Source: Yuukianura sp. NJ FZ-2021
Taxonomy: Eukaryota
NCBI GenBank assembly: GCA_046563655.1
Contig: CM102289.1
Location: 5,890,001-5,954,000, forward strand
Direction of reading: 5' to 3'
Length of the DNA: 64,000 nucleotides
Below are positions 52,478-64,000 of this stretch, one piece after another. Each line of letters opens with the position of its first letter. Position 1 is the first letter of the stretch. The notes beneath the pieces were generated by a model. It searched no databases. It saw nothing but the letters and a program-made list of their open reading frames with translations, and had not been told where the DNA came from. The position numbers were made by a program, and so were the translations under genes.

Positions 52478-55400
52478 TGTGTATGATTCTGGACTGGATC
52501 CGAGGGAATCTTAAAATTGAAATTAGTTAATTAGCTTTGTTAATTAGTTTTTTGCGTTCTAAATTCCAGTAACTGTTAGAATTGTTTGGAAATTGTCAGA
52601 ACTTGGCTACGGAGGTGGTGTGGCTGTGGCCCATGCGCGTCAAAATATTTCCGTTGTCTCCGTGTTTTGCATTTTAAAAAGTCGCGACATCGTGAGCATA
52701 ATCCTTAACAATCTCCAGAGAAGAGTACAGTTACCTTAAATTGCTGATTGCGTTGTACACTCATGAATGAGGTGACTTAAAACTTACGTGACATTGGTGA
52801 TGAAGAAGGAGAGTGAGTATGAAGTGCCGTCGGCGGGAGTCGAACTGGAGAACGTGAATGTCGTCGTGAGGGCTCGGTCATGGCCAAAGCATGAAAACAA
52901 GTGGTTTTATTAAGCTGATAAACAATTGGTTTGATTAAGCCGAAATCTGTATGCACTTGACACCTTTTGAGCAATTAAGGACAAATCAGACAGAGATTTC
53001 GATTAAAACATAACAATTTAACAGGGATGAATTTCATTGCATCTTCAGATCGCATTGTTTTGTGCGGGGGGAAGTGGGGTAAGGGGGATGAAAAAAAAAA
53101 CATCATTTACTTTAGTTTTCATATTCAAAACATCAACAAAAACAATAGGACCAACAATCGTAATCGTAATCACAACCGCACTTCTGCTTAATTACGTACA
53201 ACTCAAGCACGCAAAACAAAAAAAGTGTCTTAATGAATTTTAAACACGTCGCTGGTAGGCATGCTTGCTTCTTCGTAAAATCAAAAATGTCAACAAATAT
53301 AAGCAAAACATTACTACCGATTTGAAAATTTTCTTTTCTTTTTTAACGTTTCTAATTTTCTAATTTTCCAAAAATTCAAATGTGTTTTGGTTTTGACGCG
53401 TTAAGGATTTGAACGAAATCGAACTTTTCGAACGCAATTTTTTTTTAAATCCTACCGCCCTCAACGGAACTTTTGATTTTGCTTTTAACTTTTGTTTAAT
53501 TAGTGCATTCGTTTACATTTGCATTTAAACAAATGTTTATTATTATTTTGGCGGCAAAGTCCTCCTTTAAATTTAAATAGAAGGTGAAGTTGACATGCTA
53601 AAGTGATAAATCTTGTATTAGGTAAAGGTCACTTCCATGAAATTTTTTTGGCACAATCGATTTGTCATCCCAAATTGAAAAGTCATCATTTTTGAAACGC
53701 AATAATATTTGTAATGAAATGAAGAGTGGAAACCTTTTTGTTAACTCCTGCTTCATTAAGAAAATAATTTGGAATTGTGTTGTCCTTTTCATTAAATTAA
53801 AATTTTAAAGTGTGAAATGTCAATAATTAACTTTTTACACCTAAAAAGCAATTCCTATTTTGATTAAATTAAAAACCTCTTAAAAATTAAATTCCAAATC
53901 TGAAATCATGAAAAATACCGTAAATTTTCAAAGTGTTTGACCAAACAATAAAGGTGTGTTATCTTCGGTGTTTCCAAAAGATGTTTGACTTTCTCGCGAG
54001 AATCTTTACGGTAACAAAAATTAGAAAAGTTAATGGTATCAAGTGCTCTTGAGCAAGAGTTTTATTTTGAGATTAATTAAAATTGTGGGTGTTTCGTAAT
54101 ACCGTAACTCTTCGGTTGAAGGCCAAAAGTGAGCACTTGTACTACTTTCCTGCTCTTCATGGATCACAGTCATCATGAAGTGCTTGAGAGCCCCTTCACT
54201 TTTCAACGCCCTTACCACACAGATAGTGCTCATCAATTGATCAATTTAAGTCCAATGTCTTCCTCAACAAGTGTTAATTAAACACTCAATTACGGATGAG
54301 CATCTCTGACCTCCAACTATGCATACGGGGTCAACTCAACATCATAAACTCTGACACTGAAAACAAAATTTAATTTTTCATTTCTAGTCAAATTATGGGA
54401 ATTAGGACACGGTGAAGAATCATGCACAGAACTTCCTTTTCCTTCAAATTTTCTACTTGATTAAAGTAAATCAATTTAAACTTTATAGAGGCAAAGAGTA
54501 TAAAAAAAATGCAAGCCAATTTAAAAGTTCAATTAATTATCACCTATGAGGCTTAACCAAAGTGTAGGTAAAAGGTCACTTCCTAATGTCATTGCCAAAT
54601 TTAAAGAAAATCAATGAAATCAGGGATTTCAAATTTGTTAAAATTAGCGAGGAAATGCAAATTTGGATCCAATCGTGAATCACCTTCAGAGTAATTATTT
54701 CGAATTTGCATTTTTTTAAATAATATCTATACAATATATAATATAATAATATAAATTCACATGTTTTAATTTCAATTCTGTTTTAGACAATTTTGCTAAA
54801 TTTTTCGTCTAAAACTAACTTTTTTTTATTTTGACATTCTTATCTTGAACCTTCAAATTCTTTTTTATTTCTAACACATTGATTTTGTACTTCCTAACTT
54901 TTGGTGTAAAAACTCGAAATTACAAATAATATAATTTACATTGCAAATTCTGATAACTCCGCCCATTTTTTCTTCTGATTGTTCTGCTCATGCGCAATGA
55001 CCCTCCTTTGACATGAATATTTTTGAGCACCCTATTCTAAAGTAACGTAATTTTTGTTGATTCGTGCTGTGCTTTTTTTTTTCACAGAAAAACATTATGA
55101 TTGACCGCACCCAACAGTAGCAATTTAAAAGGCTTCAGGGCTTCACCATGAAAAATTTTGAGACTCAACTTAATAATAACCAACATTTCTTTTTATGAAA
55201 ACGAAAAAATAAACGTCAAATTACGGAAAAATTATATCACTTTGACATGCTAATCAGATTATCGTCCAACAAAATCTTGGTTGCATAAAATAAATTTGAA
55301 TTTAAAACTAAAGAGTTCTTTTCACGCTTAAACTGACCATAAACCCGCCAAGACTTAATATCCACTTCAACAAAAAATTTCCGCATCTTTTGCGTTAATA

Positions 55401-56709
55401 GGGTATTATGTAATAAAAGAGTCTCTTTCAATTAACAATTGGAGTTCACAAGTTAAAGTTAAGAAGGAAATAAGGTGGATGAAGTAAAGAGAAGGGAAAT
55501 GGGATGAGCTCGCAAAAATTGCATAACGCCAAAAGCGGATGACGACTTTGAAGATAAAAATCTTTTGTTGAAAACTTGAAATCAAAATTACTTTTGGTTT
55601 AGGTAAACATATTTTTACATAGACTATTGCAATTCCTTCGTTGTTGCCAATCAATGTGCAAATTCCACACTAAACAACGCATGACCGGTGACCCTATAAT
55701 ACTTCCCAGCATTCTACAGAAAAACACGAAAAAAATTATGTTTCAAGTGCAACTGAAATCAACTAGAAAATTCACATAATAAAAAGGATTTTGAGGCAGT
55801 CTATAAAAATCCAAAAACTAACAAAAAACAGATTGTTCGATTTCCAAAATTTTTTATTGAAAAGTTTCAACAATAATTTTGAAACGTAAAAATTTTTTGC
55901 CCATAAGCAAAAATTTTACAAATTTAAAAAGCAAATTCATTACTTTTTTTGAAAGTGCGTAATTAGTTATTAACGTTGCGGTCCAATTATGCTGGGATTT
56001 AAATTATCAAAAATCCATAAAATAAGAAATCGTTACCTTAAAAATTTACGCAAAATTTGAAATGATGCAAGTTTGATGAATTGTCAGGTAGTAATTTAAA
56101 TGGTTAATGGTAAATTCTCATTTTAGTGTAAAAAGGTGATGCGCATGAGGAATCATTTCATGATTAACTGAAGAAACAAACAAAGATGTCCACACTTTTT
56201 CCTCCGTGTCTGTGTCATCTGTCATGCTTCATAAAATTTATTATATCTATTTCGGAATTACGCATGCGCCGGCGCATCTTCAACTCTCTTTGGGCAACTT
56301 GACATTTCACCTTATGCTGTTGACTGTTAGGTCGTACCTACGGTTACATCAGAAACCAAAACACAATGAAAATGAAATGCTCATCTTCTCAAGCTCCACT
56401 TTCCATTTCACGAATGTTTCTGCCAAAAATGTTGGGGGGTTTGTCAATTAAAAATTTTTTCCCTAGGATGCAAAAAAGGAGTTTTTGTACATTGTTTTGG
56501 CTGTGAGTGGTTCCCTTAAGTCCTCGCTGCAGTTTTGTTGATTGGGGCCGTGACTCTCCTTCATTGAAAAAATTTCCTTGTACACAAAAAATTCACCTCC
56601 TCAATTGTAAACGTTCGACGGAGGCATAAAGCCTTGGGAAACTAAAATTCAAACCGTTCCTTGGATAAAAGCAAGTCCAAGCTGAAGGGCCTGCGCAGAA
56701 ACGTCTTCT

Positions 56710-56746
56710 TATAAAAGAGCGACGCAGAACCAGAGTTACTTCACTT
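56710..56746 (+). promoter_or_regulatory. TATA box plus Inr-like core promoter of the cuticular gene
   Basis: TATAAAAG at 56710-56717, TCACTT about 30 nt downstream, ATG at 56807. Confidence 0.65.
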
Positions 56747-56806
56747 TTCCAAAGAGTCTCAGTCTTAGCAGTTGTGTTTCCTTGTGTTACCAAACCTAAG
56801 CTTAAG

Positions 56807-58948
56807 ATGCAGAATTTGGTAAGATCCAGAAAACTTTTGAAATTTTGAAAAAAAAAGTTTTTGGAACAAGGTGCTTGGAATATTTCAAGGTTCGGAGCTT
56901 CCTCAAACGGAAATTTCGAATTAGGCGCTGAAAGTTTGAGTGTTTTTGTTAAATTTTATTGTGTGTTTTTTTTAAATTGATGTTTGACCCTAATTGTGGG
57001 ACGTGGGAACTTGATGGGAAAGTTTCGAAATCCCAAATTCTATTTTGAAGTTTGTTTGTTTTTGATTTTGATGCAGATCGTGATCTGTCTCCTGATTGGC
57101 TCAGTTGTAGCAGAGCCACCAGTGAGCGGTGGATACTCTGGGGGTGGCGGGTATTCCGGTGGATCCTTCCGGGAAGAGGGGGCAATCGGTGGCGGAATTG
57201 TTGACGAGGGACTTTTGAATCAAGTTCGAGACATCATCAATCAAAACACGTACCAAAGCCAAGGTTCTGCGCAGTCGTACTCTGCACCATCGTCTTCATA
57301 CGGCGGTAAAATTTAAAATTCCCAAAGACTTTATGAACAAATATTGCTTTGCTTGAATTCTATTAAAATATTTCTGAAATGCACGATTTTTAGCACCAGC
57401 ACGATCGCACTACACTGCACCAAGTGCCCAAAGTTACCGTGCACCAACACAGCAGAAATACTCTGCACCACAACAAAATTATGGTGCACCAGCCATTTCC
57501 GTCAGTGCTTACTCTGGAGACCAATCAAGAGCCCAGGAATATTCAGCGCCAAAGCAGTCCTACGGAGCACCAGCAGCATCATACAATGCCCCCAGCACCA
57601 ACTACGGTGCACCAGAACGTGTAGAACGCTACCGTGCACCAAGCTCAAACTATGGCGCCCCTGCACCAACTTACAATGCACCAAGCACAAATTATGGAGC
57701 TCCACAAGCTGACCGATACCGAGCACCCAGCTCAAACTATGGAGCTCCAGCCAAAACTTCAGCAGTTGAACAGTATCGTGCACCAAGCAGCAACTACGGA
57801 GCACCAGCACCAACCTATAATGCACCAAGTACCAAATACGGAGCACCAAGTGCATCTTCATACAAGGCCCCAACCAGCAACTACGGTGCCCCAGCTCCAA
57901 CCTATAATGCTCCAAGCACAAACTACGGCGCCCCAGCTAAATCACAGAAATACAGTGCCCCTGCTAAATCATATGGTGCTCCAGCACAAGCCACATATTC
58001 TGCACCCGGTAGAGCTTACTGAAATTTGTCACGCGGTAAATTTTACATTATTTTCAGCTTTTTTACAATTTTTTTTTCTTTGCCAATTAGCCCAAAGCTA
58101 CAAGCAACCACAGGCTTCTTATGGTGCACCATCAAGACCAGGTAAATATAAATCTCACTCGTACGAATTTCAAAATTTTAAAAAATTTCCCGCTTGTTAG
58201 CCTACAAAGCTCAAGAATACTCCGCTCCTGCTCAACAATCTTATTCCGCTCCATCTTCAAGTTATGGTGCCCCAGCTCGCCAGAGTTACTCTGCTCCATC
58301 TTCAAACTATGGCGCCCCAGCTCAACAGTCTTACTCCGCCCCATCCACCAACTACGGTGCACCAGCTCAACAATCTTACTCCGCTCCATCCTCAAACTAC
58401 GGTGCTCCAGCTCGACAAAGTTACTCTGCTCCATCTTCAAACTACGGTGCTCCAGCTCGTCAGACTTATTCTGCCCCACCAGCTCAAAGCTACGGTGCTC
58501 CAGCTCAGCAGTCTTACTCCGCCCCGTCCACCAACTACGGTGCACCAGCTCAGCAGTCCTACAGCGCTCCATCTACTAACTATGGAGCCCCGTCAGCCAA
58601 CACGTACTCGTCCAGGCCGTCCCAAAACTATGGCGCTCCATCTCAAGTTTCCGTCCAGAGAGCACCAGGTATTTCATGAAACTCTGTAAACTGGTATAAT
58701 TTGTGAAAATGACGTTTCAACTAAAATTTTCAGAGCAATACTCCGCCTCAGGCGATTACGCTGCCCCTCAAGTGTCGCAAGCCTATGGAGTTCCCGGTAT
58801 GGGGCGAATTGAGATTGAAGCCATTGAACGTTCCCGCGAAGTAGCCAGTTTCCGTACCAGCGACGCAGGTCAGGGATCTTACTCACGTGGTGGTCCTTCC
58901 ACAGCTTACGGCGCACCAGCTCCAAATGTTTCCGGTGGCTACCAGTAA
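56807..58948 (+). CDS. Secreted pro-resilin-like/cuticular protein with SSNYGAP repeats
   Basis: Mini first exon MQNL (56807-56818), signal peptide IVICLLIGSVVA then EPPVSGGY, many APS(S/T)NYGAP repeats in exons ~57394-58007 and ~58201-58668, last exon ending ...SGGYQ*. Confidence 0.85.
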
Positions 58949-59759
58949 TTCAAAAAACTAAAAAATGGCTTGAATTAACTTATGCATGACCAAAAATCCT
59001 ATATTTTTTGAAAAACCCCCTTGAAACAATCTTGCTTTAATCTTTTGGATTTTAACCGATTTAATAGTTGTGACAATGCAATTATGTAAGATGCAGAAAG
59101 AACATGGCATAAGCAACAATAAACACTTTAAGAAAAACAAAAGAAAAACGAGTTTCATTACATCTTTGTAAAGTTGTGAATTTTTGGTCGTGATTTGCAA
59201 AATTAGTAAAATGAAAGTGAAATTGAATACTGGGGGAGATTATACCATGTTCGTCTGATAAATGTTTTGTTCCTTTACTTGAAACACAAAGTCATTTGCT
59301 TTAACTTTTAAGAAATTACTCATCTTCCGCCTTCTGAAACACATCTTCTGAGATCCTCGCATCTTTCCTACTCCGCCCTCTTCCTTATGACACTTTGAAA
59401 AATTTGCATTTCCGTTTGTCTTGAAGCAAGAACTTCTAGCAAAAAGTCTTGAAGGCATAAGAGGGTCACCGCCGCAAATTATCCAAGTCGTTTTGTCACA
59501 AATTCTCACGATCTGCTCATGAAAGATCAGTCATTCCAAATTGTTAAATAGGCGCCAAACCTACGTGGGATTTCAACTTCGCATGAATCCATCTTGACTT
59601 TCGGACTTTCACTTCCTATGTTCTAAACTCATCTTAATTTATTTTTTTAATTCAATGACAATACTAGTCTGAGTCTGCGTGCTTTTGTGGAGCGAATACT
59701 GAAGTTCAGCGGTAAGTTTAAAAAACTCGTTAAAATTAATAATGCTTTTTTCTTACTTA

Positions 59760-60267
59760 CGCTGAATCTATACTTCGTGGTTTTCTCGTTACATTCTCGT
59801 TGCATTCCATTCCATTTTCCATTTTCGCGATCCATACTTGTTTTCCATCGTTGCTTCGTGGTTTCCACGAGGAACGATCATGGAATGGAAATGGAACGGA
59901 AATGCATTTTGAGTTTTCCGTTCCTGTTACATTCCATTGCCATGCCAGTGTCATCGTGCCATTGAACTCAGTTCTATTCCTTCAATGGAACGACCGAGGA
60001 AAAGCCGGTTGCTATGCCAAATTAAATTTGCACAAATGCACCAACACAAGAAAAATAAGAAAAATGTGCAATTTCAATTTGTGCATCGACGGGACGATCC
60101 ATACTTTTCAGCGAGAATTCTCGATGAAATGGAAAACGGAATGCTACTGTCATGGAAATGGTACTGGAATGCAATTGTAGTATGGATGACAACAATGCAT
60201 TCGTAATGGAATGGAACGAGAATGGAAGAGGAACGGAAATGGAAAAGGTAAAAGTATAGATTCAGCG
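59760..60267. mobile_element. PIF/Harbinger-like MITE with internal (GGAAT/CATTC) subrepeats
   Basis: 16-bp TIRs CGCTGAATCTATACTT and AAGTATAGATTCAGCG flanked by TTA on both sides. Confidence 0.8.
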
Positions 60268-60278
60268 TTAGCCTTACT

Positions 60279-60348
60279 CAAGATAACTAAACATAAACAA
60301 ACAAGCGCTTTCTAGAAAGCGCATGTGTGTTTATGTTTAGTTACCTTG
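60279..60348. mobile_element. 70-bp palindromic mini-element with 8-bp TSD
   Basis: CAAGATAACTAAACATAAAC...GCGCTTTCTAGAAAGCGC...GTTTATGTTTAGTTACCTTG, with GCCTTACT repeated at 60271-60278 and 60349-60356. Confidence 0.75.
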
Positions 60349-62115
60349 GCCTTACTTAACCCTTATTTTTTTTTTTTTTTACATTTTCAGCTTAAACTTA
60401 ACATGTTTCAGCTTAAATGACAATTCCGATCCAGTTAATTTGCAAACTTTGGAGTTTTTAATTATGAACAGTACGGGTGATAGGGTTTCGGCTACGTATG
60501 GGTGGAATAAGTTGTGTTTATGTTATGCGTGTTACCATGGCAACCAGAGAAGCCCTTTAATAGACAAGGCGTCGCGTCTCATTTCCATATGCCTACTATA
60601 GTAGTCCGCTTATAGCTTTACCTCCTCTCTTGCGCACAACAACAAACCTAAAGTTGGAGCCGGCACTGTACCACACATGTGTAATTGCGGTGGGGTGGTG
60701 AAATATTTTGTACCGTACCGAACCAACCAACATTTTCCATTTCGACTTCTTGTAGTTGTGAACTTATTTGTATTTCAATAGTGCATATTAATTTATTACT
60801 GCATTATTATGAATTTTGAAAAAATGAACTGTAACGTAACAGCCTGTTGCCTTGCAACTTTGAACTAAACCAACACACACTGTGTTTTAATTCGTTATTT
60901 AGCATAATTGTAGTAAATCTTTTGAAATAACAACAAAAAATACACTTGGGTTCTATTTTAAGAAATGTATACAAACAAAGCAATGATGTTGTAAAAATTC
61001 TTCCTCTAGCAATTTGTTTTTTATTATTATAATATTAAACATTACATTATTTTTACAACATAATTTTACATTATTACTATTGTTGATTATAATTAGGATT
61101 CCACTCACCAGGATAAAACATTTGAGAATTAAAAGGTTGTTGGTTTTAATGTTGGTTACAACAAAATAAGTAATGTGAAAATTATTAAACCAATTTTTCT
61201 AATGCCTGTTGTTGTTTCTGTGTGTCGTAATCAGATTATTATAAAATTCCTGTCCTACTACTTCACAAAACTTAAAAAAATATTTCCAAACGAAATTGTT
61301 TCGGATCCCGCTGCGCACCCCAGAAAATCGTGTGTGTTTGAAGGGAAGAAGGAGAGTGAAAAATTCGGAGTTGTTCTGCTCCCTCGTCCTCCCGTTCCCT
61401 CTTCTTGTTCCAAGGCAGAGTGACTCCATATTGAAATTTGGATAGGAAGAGGCCAAGAAGGGACATTTGTAGTAAGCACGCCATTCGGTTACGCTAGTTT
61501 TCTAATTCTAGTTTAGGTTAATTATCTTCTCTACCTTAACTAGTTTACTTCCAAGGATTTAGTTCTAAGGACTTAGGATCATCTTAACACGAAGGGTAAG
61601 CAACCGATTGTTTCTTTCAGTCACTAAATCTGGTAATTCGTCGTGTCATTCAATTTGGCGCATATATCCCATTGTACTCGCCTTGTCGCCTTGTTATCTC
61701 CTTTCCCGCTTAAGCTGAGAAGCCGGCCGCCATTTTATCATGACTCTTGTCGTACTCGATAAATACACTCGTATGTCATCTGTTAAATGAAGGTTCCTAT
61801 ACTTGATAAGTTGTTCCAACCGGTTTCATGTTTTTATGAAACCGGGAGCTATGTAATGCGCAGTGAGGTGTAGGTCATTGCCCTTCCTTGAGATAACGTC
61901 ATAGTTTGTGAATTGGATTAAGGCCCCTGCTTACTAAAATATTACTGCTTGTACTTATTGAGTTTGTCCATTTTTCCAGAAACACATTCAAGATTCCTTC
62001 ACAACTTTATTGTCGTGGCCAGTCTTATAGTCAACATTCCAAAATTGGGTCGAACGTGATCATCGATTGCACGGCTGGAGGGACCTTATCCGGCGGTGTA
62101 AAGAACGAAGGGATC

Positions 62116-64000
62116 ATGAAGAAGGAGGATGGTGACGAACGAGGGTTAGAGTTAGAACCACTAGAACTTTGGAAATTAACAGCTGACTTGGTGCGATTGA
62201 TTGTCATTGCTTTTGTATAGAAAATTGTTCATTGGTGGACTCAGTTGGGAAACGACGATTGATGGACTTCAACGTTACTTCAGTCGGTTTGGAGAGGTCG
62301 TTGACTCCGTGGTCATGAAGAACCCGGATACTGGACGCTCCCGTGGATTTGGCTTTGTCACCTTCGCTGACCCTGGAAATGTTGACGCTGTTTTGAATAG
62401 TGGACCTCATCAATTGGATGGAAGGACTGTAAGTCACTAAAAGCTCAGTTTACGTTTACCATCGATAACCTTAGTCTAACCTACCCTCTTCAGCAACCTT
62501 TAGTAACGCAATCTATCGTAATAGCTTCAGTTTACATCAGATCAGCTGATCTGTGTTAGATAAAATAACTAAACGTTAACGACGTCTAGATGAACATAAT
62601 CTAAAGAATACACAACATTCTAATTGATTGTCTTTTATTGTTTATTATTAGATCGATCCGAAACCATGCAACCCGCGGACTCTTCAGAAGCCTCGTCGAG
62701 GAACTAACATCCCGAAGGTGTTCCTGGGTGGGCTTCCACCCAATGTGACGGAGACTGACCTTCGGTCATTCTTTGATCGTTATGGAAAAGTAATCGAGGT
62801 GGTAATCATGTACGATCAGGAACGTCGCAGGACACGCGGTAAGTCAAAACATAAAAATTACACAGTAACATTTCTATCCGAATCTTTTTCTTTCCCACCA
62901 AATCATTTCTTGGCTAAAGTTATCTTATAAGTAAACACCCTTCACAATCTTATTGTAAGGGGTAAATGGAGATTAGCCACAAAGTAAAGTCTTTTCCATA
63001 GTACCGGATGATCTGTTTTATCGGAGATCTGGCCTCCAAGACTTGCCACATTCTACACCTTAGTAAAAATCACATTTTAACTAGAACCCGTTCTAAAAAG
63101 TGTGTTGGTTTCGGGTAAATTGTAATATTCTTTATATATAAAGTATAATTTGAGACCATTTTTCATCAGGATTTGGATTTGTTTCCTTTGAAACGGAGGA
63201 TCCTGTTGAAAGATTAGTTGCAGAGCATTTTGTCAACCTTAATGGAAAGCAGGTATAATTATGTTGCAATTAATAACAATATAAGTAATTAATACTTTGG
63301 AGAAGAGCTTGACAGCAGTGTCAGTGTCAATTTATTGTGTTCATTGTCACTTTAACGCTTGTCGTTGTTCTATTCCAGGTTGAAATCAAACGAGCTGAGC
63401 CGCGAGATGGGCGTGGAGGAAGTAGCATGGGCCGGCAATCTGGATGGGGTGCAATGGTGCGTGTGAACATTTTTTGTTACTTCTTACTAGCCATTCGTAG
63501 TTGCTTGCTTGGAATTTGGAACTTTCTTTTTTATTTTGCAAACCTTTTGTTTGCCAAACTTTTTGGTTATTACGAAAAGTTAAACGTTAAAGTCGTAGTT
63601 CGCATTGAGATGGTGCTTGACCGGGGATATGGTTGTGATAACAATTTCTAAAGGGCGGCATGGGTAACCATATGGGACAGATGGGAGGAATGGGTCATAT
63701 GCCACCAGGAGGAATGAACATGGGCTACCAAGGCTGGGGAACACCACCGCAACAAAGTGGCTACGCTCCGCAAGGCTACCAAGGCGGCCAAAGCTATCAA
63801 GGATGGGGAGCAGGCACTGGCGGACAACAAATGCCTCAATGGGGTAGTTATGGAACTAATCCGCAGCAGAGTTACGGTTATGGTAAGGAATTAAACGAAG
63901 TTCTTCCCCTATACTTGAAATTTTGAAAATTTGAAGCAAAAGTTACGGCGGGAAGAAGTTAATACTAATTGAAATTGTATTTTGACAGGCACAACTCCAC
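62116..64000 (+). CDS. Hrb27C: hnRNP Hrb27C/hrp48 (DAZAP1-like), two RRMs plus Gly/Gln/Tyr-rich tail; continues off the right edge
   Basis: [102 protein letters not shown]. Confidence 0.95.
62911..63053 (+). ncRNA. Box H/ACA snoRNA in an Hrb27C intron; 3' pocket predicted to target the 28S helix-69 uridine
   Basis: Hairpin 1 TGGCTAA...TTAGCCA with upper stem ACCCTTCACAAT/ATTGTAAGGGGT. H box AAAGTA (62981-62986). Hairpin 2 AAGTCTT...AAGACTT. ACA at 63048-63050. Pocket CATAGT/CTCC pairs with GGAG-U-A-ACUAUG, 14 nt from the ACA. Confidence 0.8.

Noticed and set aside
57394..58668. Regular DNA repeats resembling a CRISPR array or satellite
   Set aside because: They are codon-level repeats of the YGAP protein, with no unique spacers, in a eukaryotic context.
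61821..61846. Hairpin CCGGTTTCAT/ATGAAACCGG upstream of the Hrb27C ATG as a snoRNA or miRNA
   Set aside because: No H/ACA or C/D boxes in register, and the stem is too short for a pre-miRNA.

Overview
Compact, AT-rich eukaryotic (arthropod-like) genomic DNA with short GT-AG introns, many about 55-70 nt. There are no prokaryotic features. Genes in order: 5' end of an ABCA transporter (-), RpS29 (+), NUS1/Tango14 (-), RpS9 (-), an insulin-like receptor (-, about 14 kb), an alpha-arrestin (+), Shc (-), heme oxygenase (+), NDUFS7 (-), an aquaglyceroporin (-), a secreted YGAP-repeat pro-resilin-like protein (+) and the 5' part of Hrb27C/hrp48 (+). Two intronic snoRNAs with recognisable 28S targets and several non-autonomous DNA elements were read from the sequence. 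Most notable: (1) a 951-bp near-perfect foldback element inserted 12 bp from a C/D snoRNA in RpS9, whose folding would restore the snoRNA's original ~70-nt spacing to the 3' splice site; (2) the receptor kinase lacks the 'IYE' of the activation loop, and so the first of the three tyrosines; (3) an InR-arrestin-Shc cluster rich in FoxO-type motifs; (4) a Mutator-like element full of AGGTCA half-sites just upstream of heme oxygenase; (5) an NPV-type aquaglyceroporin. Exon boundaries were read by eye and no database searches were run.
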